This document shows positions 39,377 through 53,887 of a stretch of 64,000 nucleotides of DNA, piece by piece (within the stretch, counting starts at the first letter, position 1; the number at the start of each line of letters is the position of its first letter). The position numbers and the translations under genes are program-made. Source of the stretch: Octopus sinensis (taxonomy: Eukaryota); assembly GCF_006345805.1 (NCBI RefSeq), contig NC_043008.1, positions 51,026,001 through 51,090,000 of the forward strand. The letters are read 5' to 3'. The notes under the pieces were generated by a model. It had not been told where the DNA came from. It did no database searches and was given only the letters and a program-made list of their open reading frames with translations.

Positions 39377-39420
<44 letters not shown>

Positions 39421-39439
39421 GTTGTTGTTGTTGTTATTA

Positions 39440-39491
<52 letters not shown>

Positions 39492-40319
39492 ATTATTATT
39501 ATTTTTATTATCATTATTATTATTACTATTATTATTATCCGTAACATCATCGTCATCACCAGCATCATCAACATAGCGTCAACATTCCCATCGTCCCTAT
39601 TACTATTATTGACTCTCTCATTCTCCTCACTGCAATGGTAACAGTTTCATATATATGTTTGAAGATTCTCATAACAAAATACATGTATATATTCTAAAAA
39701 TATATTTAAAATAGGAAGTAGCTCCACAATCAGCATAGGCACGCATACACACACGCACATACACTTATATGTATATATGTGTGTGTGTATATATGTAGGT
39801 ATGTATTTTGCAATAAGTACATATATATATACAAACATATATGTATGTATGTATTTATGTATGTATACATACTTAGGTATGCATGCATCGAAAAAAGTAT
39901 AAAACTCGGTTAAGATTTGTAGAGCAATGCAATGCCTAAACTATGACAAACTGGGAATTTTCGCAGCTGCCATCTTTTGAATTTTTATTTCTTTTGAAGT
40001 GCTCCCTCTTGTATGGCATTACATCCAAAGAACACATCAAATTGAGGATTTACTATTGAACAGCACAATCTAAAGCAATATTATTTTATATTTTTAATGT
40101 TGGGAAGAGATGTTAAATTTCCTATTAAACTTAATCACGAAATCTGTCAATCCGGTATTTTAACCTCCATTTTGGTAGGATTAACCATGCTCCAACACAT
40201 ATTGTAGATGATTTTGAATAATATAAATATGTTGAGGATTTATGGTAACAGCACACGCTTAAAATGGATTGAAGCCAATAGAGGAAGAATTAATGTATAC
40301 AACATTCCTTCTTCAATAC

Positions 40320-40403
<84 letters not shown>

Positions 40404-40484
40404 ATCTATCTATCTATCTATCTATCTCTATCTATCTCTCTCTCTCTCTCTATATATATATGTATATGTATATGTATGCTATAT

Positions 40485-40535
<51 letters not shown>

Positions 40536-40594
40536 GATAGATAGATAGATAGATATAGATGTATGTACATATACGTATGTATATGTATATATCT

Positions 40595-40639
<45 letters not shown>

Positions 40640-41213
40640 CGAGAGCAGGAAAGGGAGATAGATAGATAGTTATGTATGGTATAACTAGCAAATTATATAC
40701 GTATCTTTCCATATATACATTGATGTATGCATTTGCATATGTCAGAAGACTGGATTTGTTTTAGAAAGCTAAGAGAATTAGAAAAATGCCATTAATCTAA
40801 CTTATTAGGAAACATGATCTAGAATTTTGGTTGTTGTTAATTCTTGACAACTGGTTAGAGGTATTGGCTATAATTTTCTCAATCTAATCTGTAATGCGTT
40901 CATATTCTATACTGATTAAGACATTACTCAACTGCATCTGTAGCGCTTGCGAACTACTCTTTGGCAGACATATTTTTACATGTTGCGTCAGCATACATGG
41001 GTTGATTTAGAGATAATTTTACAGAAAATGATAATTAATGTTTCCCCTTTTCATTAATTCAATTTCAATAATTCGGGGCAGAGAAATAACTAACGTTTTA
41101 TGTCAAGATTATGAATAGCATTCAATATATATATATATTATGTGTGTGTGTGTGTATATATATATAAATGCACACACACACACACACAGACACACACACA
41201 CACACACACCCAT

Positions 41214-41244
<31 letters not shown>

Positions 41245-41258
41245 CATACATACATATA

Positions 41259-41294
<36 letters not shown>

Positions 41295-41865
41295 TTTATG
41301 TATATGTCATCGAAACGTTTTTGATGTCTGATTGAATAATGTCTATGAAATTTTGGCATCGGAACGTAAAGTTACTTTTATAGCATGAACGCAAGGTAAA
41401 TAATTATATTTTTACTTGATTCCATTGACAATAACCGAATGATTTTTTCTTTCTCTACATCCAAATGTTTTAACCGTGCCAATATTTTAACATTGTTTCC
41501 GAATTTCAAACAAATACGAATCGTATTTACGTTTTTTCATTTGGCAGAGCTAATGACGAAATTCATCGCAGACATAAACAAGGCATAAACAGAATCAGAA
41601 TATGTCTGATATGTGATCAAGAATCAATATATCAAATCGATGAAGTGATTTTAATGTGTAATCAAAGTGTTTAAACTTATGCGGCATCAGAGCTTATTAA
41701 ATATTTTCGCTTTCTTTAAATCATATTCAATATGGCTCTGCTTTTTGAAATCAGTGATGAAGCGATGGTTTTCGTTTTTGGTGCTATGTATTTAGGTTTG
41801 AAGGATCGGTACACAAACACGCGCATGCGTGTTATGCATAAACACACATAGATGTTATAATGATA

Positions 41866-41900
<35 letters not shown>

Positions 41901-41921
41901 GTAATAATAATAGTATTAATA

Positions 41922-41966
<45 letters not shown>

Positions 41967-41968
41967 GC

Positions 41969-42006
<38 letters not shown>

Positions 42007-42202
42007 CAATAATCCTCTCTACTATAGGCACAAGGCAGGTTGATCTTCTTAGTTATAAACTATCGTATATTCAGTTCGATATCTTATCAATGACCAATTC
42101 GACTTTCAAGGGATTTAGTTTGATTTTTGTGACACTGTTCAATACATTTTTATGTTACTGCTGCCGCTTATCCTAGAGTAATACTGAAAAGCATTGTTTG
42201 TG

Positions 42203-42251
<49 letters not shown>

Positions 42252-43785
42252 ACATATTCATATATCTGTGTACATCTAATCACTTAGAATGTTCAATTTT
42301 GAATATGAATACTGAAATATGTTTACGCGTTTTGTATGTGAAGAACTTTCGATTAGTGAAACTGAGAGAGGGATTTCTGTTTTCGATTTTAAATATTTTT
42401 ATGTATTTGAGATAAAACCATGATAGACCGGAAGTTACCAAAAGGTATACTAGTCAAGTTTTTCATTTCGGAAAAAAAACCCATTCAGATAGAGATTTGA
42501 GGAAAGGTTGAAAATTTTAGATGGATTTATGACTCAATTCTCGGCGGAGGTAAAACTAGGATAGTTAAGCTACAAAATATAAAGTTATTGCCTGTCATAG
42601 GAAGTATGCATTGAAAATGAAAGAAGAAAAATAGCAGACGGTAAAAGAAAAGGGAAGAAAACTCATGGTATTTTTACCAATACATACATACATACATACA
42701 TACATACATACATACAAACATACAGACATACATACATCCATACATACATACATACATACATACATACATACATACATACATACAAACATACAGACATACA
42801 GACATACAGACATACATGCATACAGACATACAGACATACACACATACAAACATACATAATTGGGGTACTGTGGAGGCTCAATGGCCCAGGACCGCGGGTT
42901 CGATTCCCAGCCCAGACGGAAGAAAGAAAGAAAAAAGAAAGAAAGAAAGAAAGAAAGAAGAAAAGGGGCAAATAAAAAGAAAAAGAAAGATAAGTGAAAA
43001 AAATAAGAAGGTAAAAGGACTGAAAGGGTCTCAGAAGTGAATGAGGGAATAAAGGAGGAGGAGGAGGAGGAAGAAGAAGAAGAAGGAGAAGAAGAAGAAG
43101 AAGAAGAAGAAGAAGAAGAAGCAGAAGAAGAAGAAGAAGAAGAAAAGGAAAACATGTACAAGAAGATGAAGGCATAAATTAAAGACGATACATTGAAAAG
43201 CAGTATGAATAAAGAATCAAAAAGTGGAAAATATACTGAATATTAAGAAAATAGAAAAAATATCAGAAAAGTGAAAAACATGCGAAGCGAGATATTTTAC
43301 AGAGAAAACAATCTGGGTTTCAAGAGAAAAATAAAAAAAAGTTTATCAGGGAATTTTTAAAAATTATTTTTTAATTAAGAAAATAAAACCCCATAAGAGA
43401 AAAAGCAAACAAAAAAATAATTCAATCATAAATGCATAACCAAAAATTAGAAATTAAATTGAAGAATTACTGTAAAACACGTTTAATAGAAATTATTTAT
43501 AGAAAATACAAATAAATATTTAAGTTTTTCGGGAAGCAAACTTTTAATGATGCAAGTGTAGGCAAAAAAAATTGTAAAAAAATTAAATATAATAATAATA
43601 ATATTAATAAAATGTAGAAAGAAAACAGAATGAGATTTCAGGAACTCTCCTAGAATGGAAAGCAGAGAAAGGTAGATATTCGAGTGCGGCTTGACTTCGT
43701 TTAATCTTTAGACGAAGGAATCGAAGAACAAACAGAATAAACGTTGGAGCAGTTATCAAATAGAGATGTGTTTATATATATATAC

Positions 43786-44111
43786 AAACAATTGCAGCGT
43801 GGAAGGTGTTCATAAGCCATCTAAAAACTCACAAAAACCGTTAGATTCACTTCAACATTTAAATTTAATTTGCCAAAATATTTTCATCGCTTTGAGACCG
43901 CGACCTGTACACTGACAAAATTTCGTGCAGCACAGAATTTTGCCAGAGATCAGGTCACGGTTTCAAAGCGACGAAAGCATTTTGATTGAAAAATTAAATT
44001 TAAATGTTGAAGTGGATCTAATGGTTATTGTGTGTTTTTAAATGGCTTATAAACACATTCCATGCTGCAATTGTTTTTGTTTCAGCACACGATCTCAGAT
44101 CAAGTCACTTG

Positions 44112-44114
<3 letters not shown>
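43786..44114. repeat. Foldback element (arms of about 140 bp, 43786-44076) between (TA)n tracts, with a variant-core hammerhead relic in each arm
   Basis: aaacaattgcagcgtggaaggtgttcataagccat... is mirrored by ...atggcttataaacacattccatgctgcaattgttt; centre gtgcagcac. Confidence 0.9.
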
Positions 44115-44142
<28 letters not shown>

Positions 44143-44941
44143 TCGCACAAGAATTGAGGGCGTAAGTAAAATCCAGATGATCACCTCAGCAACACTTCAT
44201 GCAGGTTCTTGACTAGCAAAGGGGTCCAATACCAGAGTAAAGGTTACACCTTTTAATTACTTTTAATTAAACAAACATTGATTGGTTGCCCTTAGTTGAA
44301 TTACTATAGTAGCACTTCACCAATCCAAGGTATATATAAGCACGTGCACACGTACGCACACTCAGACATACATACTTAAATGTGACTGAATATATTTTGT
44401 GATAATCTTAGTTTAGGTGAAAGGAAAAAGGAGCGGACAGGAAGAGAATGGTCATTAGGTTAGGAAAATACTGAAAGTAAAGAGAGCGCAAATGAAGAAG
44501 GAAAGAAGAAATAACGATGAGTATGAGGATAAAATGGTTCTTTGTGATGGTGATGAAACTGAAAGAGAAGAGAAAAAGGAGGACGAGACGGAGGAGGTAA
44601 GGAGAAGAAGGAGGGGTATAAAATTGAGAGGAATAGAAAGTAGAAGAGAAAAAGAGGGAGGAGGAGTAGAAGGGAAGGACGATCAAAGGAGGAAGAAGAA
44701 GGGGATAATGATGAGGGGGAGGATGTTGATGACAAGGAATAAGAACGAGGGTGAAGAAGGGGGAGATGAAGAGACCGACGATTGAGGATGACAAAGAGAA
44801 AGAAGAGAAGAAGAAGGAGAGAAGAAGACTTGATAATGATGAAGGAGGACGAAGAAGTATTATATTTATATATTATATATATATATAGTATTATATCTCA
44901 GATATAATATACTATATATTATATATATTATATATAATATT

Positions 44942-44972
<31 letters not shown>

Positions 44973-45620
44973 TATATATACATATATATATATAACTGCC
45001 GTAGGAATTTGGTTAGGCCATTACAGTGAAATTGTCGTGAGACCAACATTCTGTCAAGAGAATGTGACAAAATTATAATTCTTTAGAATACGGAAACTTG
45101 ACCCGAATGTACTTCTGCAATATAACATCAGCTACAGGCATCCAAGAAATATGCAAAAATATTTAATCCGAAGGGACAATTAGTTCTACTTGCTTCAGAA
45201 ATAATAATGAACACTGGTAATCCAGCTGCCGGCATTCGTTCACAAAGCATTGGTCCGAACAATAATGGTCCACGCAATGCTCTGGTAGAAGTAACTCGAA
45301 AAATAGGCCTCGATGTTAATGACCACCTGGACATAACAGTCCCACACACTTACATATACGCACATACACACCCACCCACAAACAAAGGGACATATATATA
45401 TATATATACACTATTTATGTATATATATTTATATATATATTCACATATATGCACATACATACGTGTATATATATGTACATATAAATAGTATATGTAAATG
45501 TATATACATATGTACATATATAAATACATGCATATATAATCTATTATATAAAATTGAAATATATGTATAGTTTTTATTTAATATATATATATAGCTATAT
45601 ATATATATATATATATTAGG

Positions 45621-45652
<32 letters not shown>

Positions 45653-45901
45653 ATATATTATATATATATATTGCAGGCCAATGTGAAAGAACGACCCCAC
45701 CCCCTCCCCCAAAACCCCAGAAAATGTGCAAAAATATATACAGAAATACAGAAAGAGGAAGTACAAAGGGAGAGACAAACGTTTAGATGCCATTTTATCT
45801 CATTAGATGATAGATTAAAATTAGTACCGTATTAAGTGATATTAAAAAAAAGAGAGAGAGTTTAAACAAAGATATAAAAGAGAAAGAGATTAAGAAGAAA
45901 G

Positions 45902-45941
<40 letters not shown>

Positions 45942-45980
45942 CCATAACCAGCAAAAAGAGGCAACACACGTCCAACTTAC

Positions 45981-46090
45981 TTGTTGAACAAGACCAAATC
46001 TGGCGTCCATATATCTGCAGCCGGAACTTCGATGGTTTTCAGACCTGCGTACTCGCTTGGGTTCCATTTCAGCCATATATCCCACCATTC
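45981..46090 (-). CDS. nAChR 110-nt loop-A exon, variant b (Phe); candidate mutually exclusive alternative
   Basis: ggtaaAG|GAATGG...AACAA|GTAAGT; exactly 110 nt with no stop; encodes EWWDIWLKWNPSEYAGLKTIEVPAADIWTPDLVLFN(N); 18/36 identical to variant a. Confidence 0.87.
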
Positions 46091-46241
46091 CTTTACCAAG
46101 ACCACAAGTTAAGAAAATTGTTGCTTTCAATTTGTCCACAAACAAATGCGAATGTGTATGTTTGTATATAATGCATATATTTATGTCTGTATGTATGTAT
46201 AGCACATATTATACACGTATATGTATATATATGCATGGATA

Positions 46242-46318
<77 letters not shown>

Positions 46319-46369
46319 TATATATACATATTATATATACATACATATTATATATATAATATATATATA

Positions 46370-46459
<90 letters not shown>

Positions 46460-48758
46460 TGTATGTATACATACATATATATATGGACTTATAGATAAAT
46501 AGACGGACGGAGAGACAACAGATAGACATACAGACAGATAGATAGATAATGAACCCTTTACAGTTAAATAGTGTGCAGTGTCAACTTCCGATATGCGATT
46601 ATAAGAATTATTCGAGATAACACATAATTTGAATTTGATTTTTTACTCTTTGCTTTGAAAGTATGTTAGAGTCTAAATATATGTAATTGCATACATAGGT
46701 GTGTATGCACGTATGAATGCATGTATTTATGCATAACCCGTTGGTTTTCATTCAGCGGAACTGAAAACATACCATTCTAAAGATTAGTTTTCGTTGTATA
46801 ATCCGGGTTTTTGAAATTTTTGCACGTAAAAATTTCCTCACACCGTGTGTGGCCTAATCTTTGCGGGAATGGAATTGGATGAATACTGTCTTATTTAAAT
46901 TGTATAAGAGTTCATGTTAAAAATGTAGGGAGTGGGAAAAAAATTATTATACAGCTTGAAAATAATAAAAAGCTATGCGAATGAAATTCTTACTTAAGAT
47001 TAATTATAATCAAACGTAAGAAAGAAATGAGAAACAAGCTGAAGTCTGGCGAGTACACTGATATCTGCTGATATATTTCATCCTCATGAGATCTCTTCAT
47101 CGAAGTGTAGCCTTAACAGTTCTTGTCCGACTATACATCGACTGAGATTTATGTAAATTTGGGGAGATTAAACTCAAACTTCTCTGAGTATCCATATTCA
47201 AATTTAGTCTTAAAGTTGTCTCCCTTATTATTTTTGTTTGACAGAATGTGTCTTTTTAAACTAATGATGTAAATTTAATCTATATAATAGATATGACTTG
47301 CTCCATTAAATACATCCGCGCCGAGTTAAATGTGCAGATGATGGATAATTTTTTGTATAATAGTTATTTACTATAGCTTTTATAAAGGCATAAAAGCTGT
47401 GAAGGATAATACATAGATTATTTCATTGGTGCGTCATCAGTCATCTGGTGAATCTACGAGAATCTACGAGAATCTACGAGAATCAACCCGATAAATGCAC
47501 CAGACTATAACAGACAGACTATACCCAGACTATAACAGAGAGCGGTTTCAACAAAAAAGTAATATGTCTGTGCATATATGTATATGACTATATATATCTT
47601 CGTGACTATTTGTGTCTATTTGTATTTATGAATGATTGCGTGCTTATAAGCAATGATCTTACACAGTCAAAAATTTCTAGGACGATACAACAAAAATATT
47701 ACTTAAAATATATACAAAATGAAAAGCTTTTATCTTAGATGTGACGGAGTAAGAGAAAAAGATATGAATGATATATGTCATAAAAAGAATATTTTATGAG
47801 TACTTATGGAAACACTGGTATACTTTTATGTTTTCATGTAAAGAGTTGAATGATGTTGGATATTACCAAGAAATGAAAGAACTCTAAGAGATCTATACAT
47901 GATTATACACGCATATATATATGCATATATTATATATGCACATATATATACACATGTATATATATATGTATATGTATATATGTATATGTATATATATACA
48001 TATATATTATAGGTATCTGTATTATATCTGAATATAGACATATATATTTATATATGAATACATATATGTGTGTATACATGTATATACACGTATATATATA
48101 TATATATATACATATATATACATATATATATATATATAGGTATTTTGCATATTATATCTGAATATATAGACATATATATTTATATATGCATACATATGTG
48201 TGTTATATTGTTATACACGTATATATATATATACATATAGACATATATATACATATATATATATATTATATATATATGTATAATATATATATATATATCT
48301 TTACACACACACACACACATAAGCACACTCACATCCACCCACACATAGAATCACACAGATTCTCGTAGACACCGTGTGTCTAACCAGATCATTCAGTCAT
48401 TCATTAATTCATTCGACTGTGAATAAAAAGAACAAGAACAGTGTTATGTATTATGTAGACAATATATAAAAGAAAGACTTTTAACAAATGGTCGACAATG
48501 ACTTGACAAGAAACACAATGAAAGCAGCATGCCATTTATCATCGGATTACTAAGTGTTGTGAGAATGTCTACAGATGTGTCATGATTCGATGTAATTGAA
48601 TTTCCGACATGTCATCAGGGGGTATCCATAAACACAGCCTTTCCTGTATATGTCTGTTGTGTGCGTTATATATATATATATATATAATATACATATATAT
48701 ATCTATATATATACATACATACATACATGCATACATACATGCATATATGTATATATAT

Positions 48759-48793
<35 letters not shown>

Positions 48794-49902
48794 TCATACG
48801 CAACTCTATGTAAAACAAGTTCCTTTCAAAGTGCCCAGTTGTGCGATTCCTTTGAAAGTATTTTTTTGGTGATAAGTATAATTTCAAAAAATACTTCATG
48901 TATGCATGTATATGTACATAGATGGATAAGTTACATGCACACACATACCATATATTATATATATATATTATATATATATATATATATATATTATACGATG
49001 TGTTTGTGTATGTGTTGCGGTGTGTGTGTATGCATATGCACTCATATTTGAATTCGGTTGCCATTTAGTTATATAGAGAACGTAAAGTTACGGTATTTGC
49101 TTCAATCATATAAATCATTTTTGAGAATCCACCAATATTTAGGCTATAATATATTCTATTAAACTCAGTATTTATAGAATTTTATTTCAATTTACAAACT
49201 TCAAGTGTGCGTAAGATGAAGTAAATCTGATGGGGCTTCGCACTAAAACGCTAAACAATTAAAGAAAGAAGAACATACGCAACTCTATGTAAAACAAGTT
49301 ACTTTCAAAGTGCCCAGTTGTGCGATTCCGTTGAAAGTATTTTTGGTGATAAGTAATAATTTCAAAAAATAACAATTCGCATTTCGAAAGCAGATATGCT
49401 AATCGCTGTTGAGTATGTCGCAGAAGAACAACTCAGTTTATGACGACAATATGTTTATGCAAGACTCGAATCACAAACTGTGGTCGTAATGGAGGGTGTT
49501 ACTCCTGCAAAATAGACACAAACGTGACTAATATATTTGTGCTAGAATCTGCCAGAACACATGTTAAGCATAACTTAGAAAATAGTCACTTCAGGTCTTG
49601 CTGTACACATTGCAAAACAATTTTGACCAAAATAATGTGGCAGAAATATTCTCTTCTAAGAGATATTTACATCCATAAGAGCATTTTCTTAAACGTCTCG
49701 TGCAGATTTCACTACTAGCTGAAATTAATATGTAGAGACTCGTTCGTTTGATACAAGGATTATCCGATCGTTTGATTTTGAGTATGAGATCTAAGGTACT
49801 TTAATCTCTGGTTGTAAACTGTGCATATTTTATATATATATGTTTTTATATATGTTTGTATATATATATGTTTGTATACATATATATGTATATATATGTA
49901 TA

Positions 49903-49973
<71 letters not shown>

Positions 49974-50806
49974 ACACACGAATAATGTTCTGTTTATATG
50001 CATAGGTCTGTAGTTAAGTCGTATTATATATTCGTTTATACCGCGCCGCATTGTCTCTCGGCTTGAAAAGTTAACGGCTAATAATTTGACAGTTCAATTT
50101 AGCGTCATCGATTCGTAGTGATACATCATGCAGATCAATCAAAACACCTAAGTAATGCAACATGCATGCACATATATGAATACATACACACACATACACA
50201 CATATATGTATTTATGTATAGATATATATGTGTGTGTATGTGTGTAATGTTGTTACATTAACGGCAGCATATACAATTCGTACATAACAACAACAAACAT
50301 CAAACATAATACAGACGGTATGTTCTCTCAAAAGAACTGTTTAATCATGCCGACATTGATACAAAAAAGAGTTGCAACAGATTATACGTTATTTCAAACA
50401 GTCGGGTAATTTTTTTTCTCCTTTAAGGGGGGAAAAAGGAGGAAACATTAGAGAAAAACAACATTAGAATTAAACCATGCATCTGCACTGGAACCAATGC
50501 GTTAGGTGCGCAGTTGTGCAATATTAGACAATCAATATTTTCACAGATTGAGACAACATCAAAAGCAACAACAGAATATCTTTCACCCTTATCCTCCCTA
50601 AACAAACAAAATTTAGTAAATATATATATGTGTATGGGTGTATATATATATATATACATTTATAAGTTTAAGTGGCGCGTTGATAATTATTTTGCGTACT
50701 ATGCTAATGCAATAAAAGAATACATAAATAAGGCATAATCATTTTTTGTTGAATTTTAGAGAGGATTTATGATAAGGTTATTAACTTATAATTGCTCGTA
50801 CTACCT

Positions 50807-50848
<42 letters not shown>

Positions 50849-50850
50849 AT

Positions 50851-50884
<34 letters not shown>

Positions 50885-51351
50885 ATGTATGTATATAAAC
50901 ATGTGTATATGCATATATATGTTATAATATATTTCAAATAAAAATCTGATTAAGTATTATATACCTATAGTGCAATAGGTAGAGGACTGTTCCAATGGAA
51001 TCATATAATAAATACTATTGGAGGGAAAAAAATCATTATAGGAAAAGAAGTAAAGTTGACATGAAAGTAATATCAGACAAGCATTTAAGATCTTGATAGA
51101 GGATAATCGAAAGATATGATTTCAAATATTCAGATTTCAGAAAATAATTAATCACATTGTTTGTCGGAGTTGCTAATGATGATAATGATGTTGGTTTGTT
51201 GAGATTTTGGTGGTGGTCGTCTGGGAGGTATTTTGTGATGGTGGTGGTGGTGGTGGTATCGAGGGTGACCGTGGTAGGATTCTTAGAGACGGTAAAGGCG
51301 TTAGTGTTCATGTTGAGTGTGACAGGCGATTAGGATGTCACTCATAATGAA

Positions 51352-51735
51352 TGGAAGCACTCCGTCGGTTACGACGATGAGGGTTCCGGTTGATCCGAAT
51401 CAACGGAACAGCCTGCTCGTGAAATTAACGTGTAAGTGGCTGAGCACTCCACAGACACGTGCACCCTTACCGTAGTTCTCGGGGATATTCAGCGTGACAC
51501 AGAGAGTGACAAGGACGGCCCCTTGAAATACAGGTACAACAGAAACAGGAAGTAAGAGTGAGAGAAAGTTGTGGTGAAAGAGTACAGCAGGGATCACCAC
51601 CATCCCCTGCCGGAGCCTCGTGGAGCTTTTAGGTGTTTTCGCTCAATAAACACTCACAACGCCCGGTCTGGGAATCGAAACCGCGATCCTATGACGCGAG
51701 TCCGCTACCCTAACCACTGGGCCATTGCGCCTCCA
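51352..51735 (-). mobile_element. Full-length tRNA-derived SINE with imperfect TSD of about 17 bp
   Basis: Head ggaggcgcaatggcccagtggttaggg (A box) and gtttcgattccc (B box); TSD gtcactcataatgaatgg / gtcgctcataataatgg. Confidence 0.92.
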
Positions 51736-52100
51736 CGTCGCTCATAATAATGGTAAAGTGAATGAACATGGTAATAGTGATATCACATTACCAAGAAATG
51801 ACAGCATAAAGTTTGCGATAAAGATTTTGTACATTAGCCTCAAGGGCCCTAAATTGGAAAATAGAGCTGTACGCGAACGAGACACAAAAGGAATGTGGGA
51901 TTTGATAACAAAATGGGAGTGGTCCTTATTTGACCGGAAGGGAAGATTAGAGGGTTAGAAAGGGTAAGGGTTACTACTTGAGGAGGCAGATTGTCGTATG
52001 CCGGAAATTTAGGTTGCTGTTAATTCTATGTACTGAGTTGGTACTAAATTCATTAACCTCCGGTAAAAATAAAACGCAGTTTTACAGTAGTAGTAGTAGT

Positions 52101-52188
<88 letters not shown>

Positions 52189-52191
52189 GAG

Positions 52192-52240
<49 letters not shown>

Positions 52241-52254
52241 TAGTGGTAGTGGAG

Positions 52255-52302
<48 letters not shown>

Positions 52303-52328
52303 ACAGCAACAATAATATTAATACTAAT

Positions 52329-52470
52329 CCTTTCTGCTATAGGCCCAGGTCCTGAAATTTGAGTCAATGAGATAGTCGATTACACCGACCCCAGTGTTCA
52401 ACTGGTACTTAATTTATCGACCCCGAAACGATGAAGGGCAAAATCGACCTTGGCACAAAATTTAGAGGGA
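52329..52470 (-). mobile_element. 5'-truncated SINE
   Basis: accgaccccagtgttcaactggtacttaatttatcgaccccgaaacgatgaagggc core. Confidence 0.75.
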
Positions 52471-52566
52471 ATGAATGGTAAATATGAGAAACCATCAGTG
52501 GTTGTTGTTGTTGTAGTTGTTTTTGTTATTATTATTATTATATATTATTATTATTATTATTATTAT

Positions 52567-52602
<36 letters not shown>

Positions 52603-52699
52603 AATAGTAAAACCTATCCCTATACGTAGCAAAGTCCCAATATGCTGCGCGCGGTTCATAGAGTAAATCATGCCTTAAGATTATAAAGTGCTGAGTAAT

Positions 52700-52737
<38 letters not shown>

Positions 52738-52753
52738 TAATAATAATAATAAT

Positions 52754-52920
52754 TTTCTACTGTAGGCACAAGGCCGAAAATTTGGGGCAGGGGGGCAGGG
52801 GGCCAGGGGGTCAGCGGGACAGGGGGCAGGGGACCAGTCGATGATGCTAACCCCAGTCCTCGACTGGATATTATTTTATCGACCTGGAAAGGATTAACGG
52901 CAAAAATCGACCTCGTCGGA
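52754..52920 (-). mobile_element. 5'-truncated SINE with G-rich expansion
   Basis: ctactgtaggcacaaggcc tail and ttttatcgacctggaaaggat core. Confidence 0.65.
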
Positions 52921-53660
52921 AAAAAAAAAATAATAATATCAAGAAAATTATCCTTTAATATTATTGAGAAATGTTAGTATGTGAAGTGATAAAAAAAATG
53001 GCAGACATCAGTGCAGAAATGCAGAAATACTATCTAAAGTGAAGAAATGTGTCTTAGGTGGAAATTAGCATCAGACTTATAGATTTCACCATCGCATCTA
53101 TTCTATTGGCTGTATCAAAATATATACTAACATAAATACTCATATACACAGTAGATATACATACATACGGACATACGCAGCACACACACACACTCACACT
53201 CAGAGGTATAAATATATGTTTAGTTTTTCCAGTGTTCTGTGTGTAGGACGAGCTGTGACAACGCTGTTTCCGAGCCCTCCCTGAACGATGTTGTCAATGT
53301 TCTGTTTAAACTATTGCGATTGGAAAATTGTTCTACTATTCTAGTGGATTGTTATTCTGGTGATGAAGGCTTGGACACTGTAGTTAGTACAGGGAGAGAT
53401 ATTTTGGACATATGTCTCTGTGTGAGTTATGTATTTATATAGAGGTTAAAGTAGTGAGGCAAACACTTAGGCAAGGCAGGATAAGGATAGTTAATTTCAT
53501 TTAGTTCATTCCAAATTTAGCAACCTGACGACTGGTGAAAATAGTACAAAATAGTCTCTGACAGCGATTACTGGGAATCTACAGCTATTGGAGCATCGAA
53601 TCGAGCGAAGACTCTGTAAAGTGGATATGCCGTCATCAGAGAGATATGTATATATATATA

Positions 53661-53840
53661 TGATAGATCGTTAGCCACTACACACATTTTTTCTCTCCTT
53701 GTTTTTTTCTGTGTCCCTTTCTGTAGAAGAGCGTAGGCTCGAAACGTAAAAGACTTTTTTCTATTCCTGAGCGTTATACTAATACATCTGTTTGTTTTGT
53801 ACACCACCTGTCTTCGTCTTTTGTTTTTTTCGTAAACTTA
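53661..53840 (+). mobile_element. Penelope-like pLTR fragment with minimal hammerhead relic (53717-53752) between (TA)n tracts
   Basis: cttt-CTGTAGA-a-GAGC-gtag-GCTC-GAAA-CGT-A-aaag; core A6 mutated. Confidence 0.55.
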
Positions 53841-53853
53841 TATATATATATAC

Positions 53854-53887
<34 letters not shown>

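Noticed and set aside
40250-40320. Plus-frame RLKWIEANRGRINVYNIPSS resembling a third loop-A exon
   Set aside because: Wrong strand, no WxPD motif, no splice sites, about 50% DNA match; not significant in a six-frame scan.
47030-47085. Minus-frame DEIYQQISVYSPDFS as a 45-nt (DEKNQ-type) exon
   Set aside because: It lacks the N-x-W motif, has no donor at the correct position and has a weak acceptor.
47455-47540. Short tandem arrays (aatctacgag x3; cagactata) as CRISPR-like
   Set aside because: No spacers and eukaryotic context; ordinary slippage repeats.
51660-51735. tRNA gene
   Set aside because: It is the tRNA-derived head of a SINE, continuous with the SINE body and TSD.
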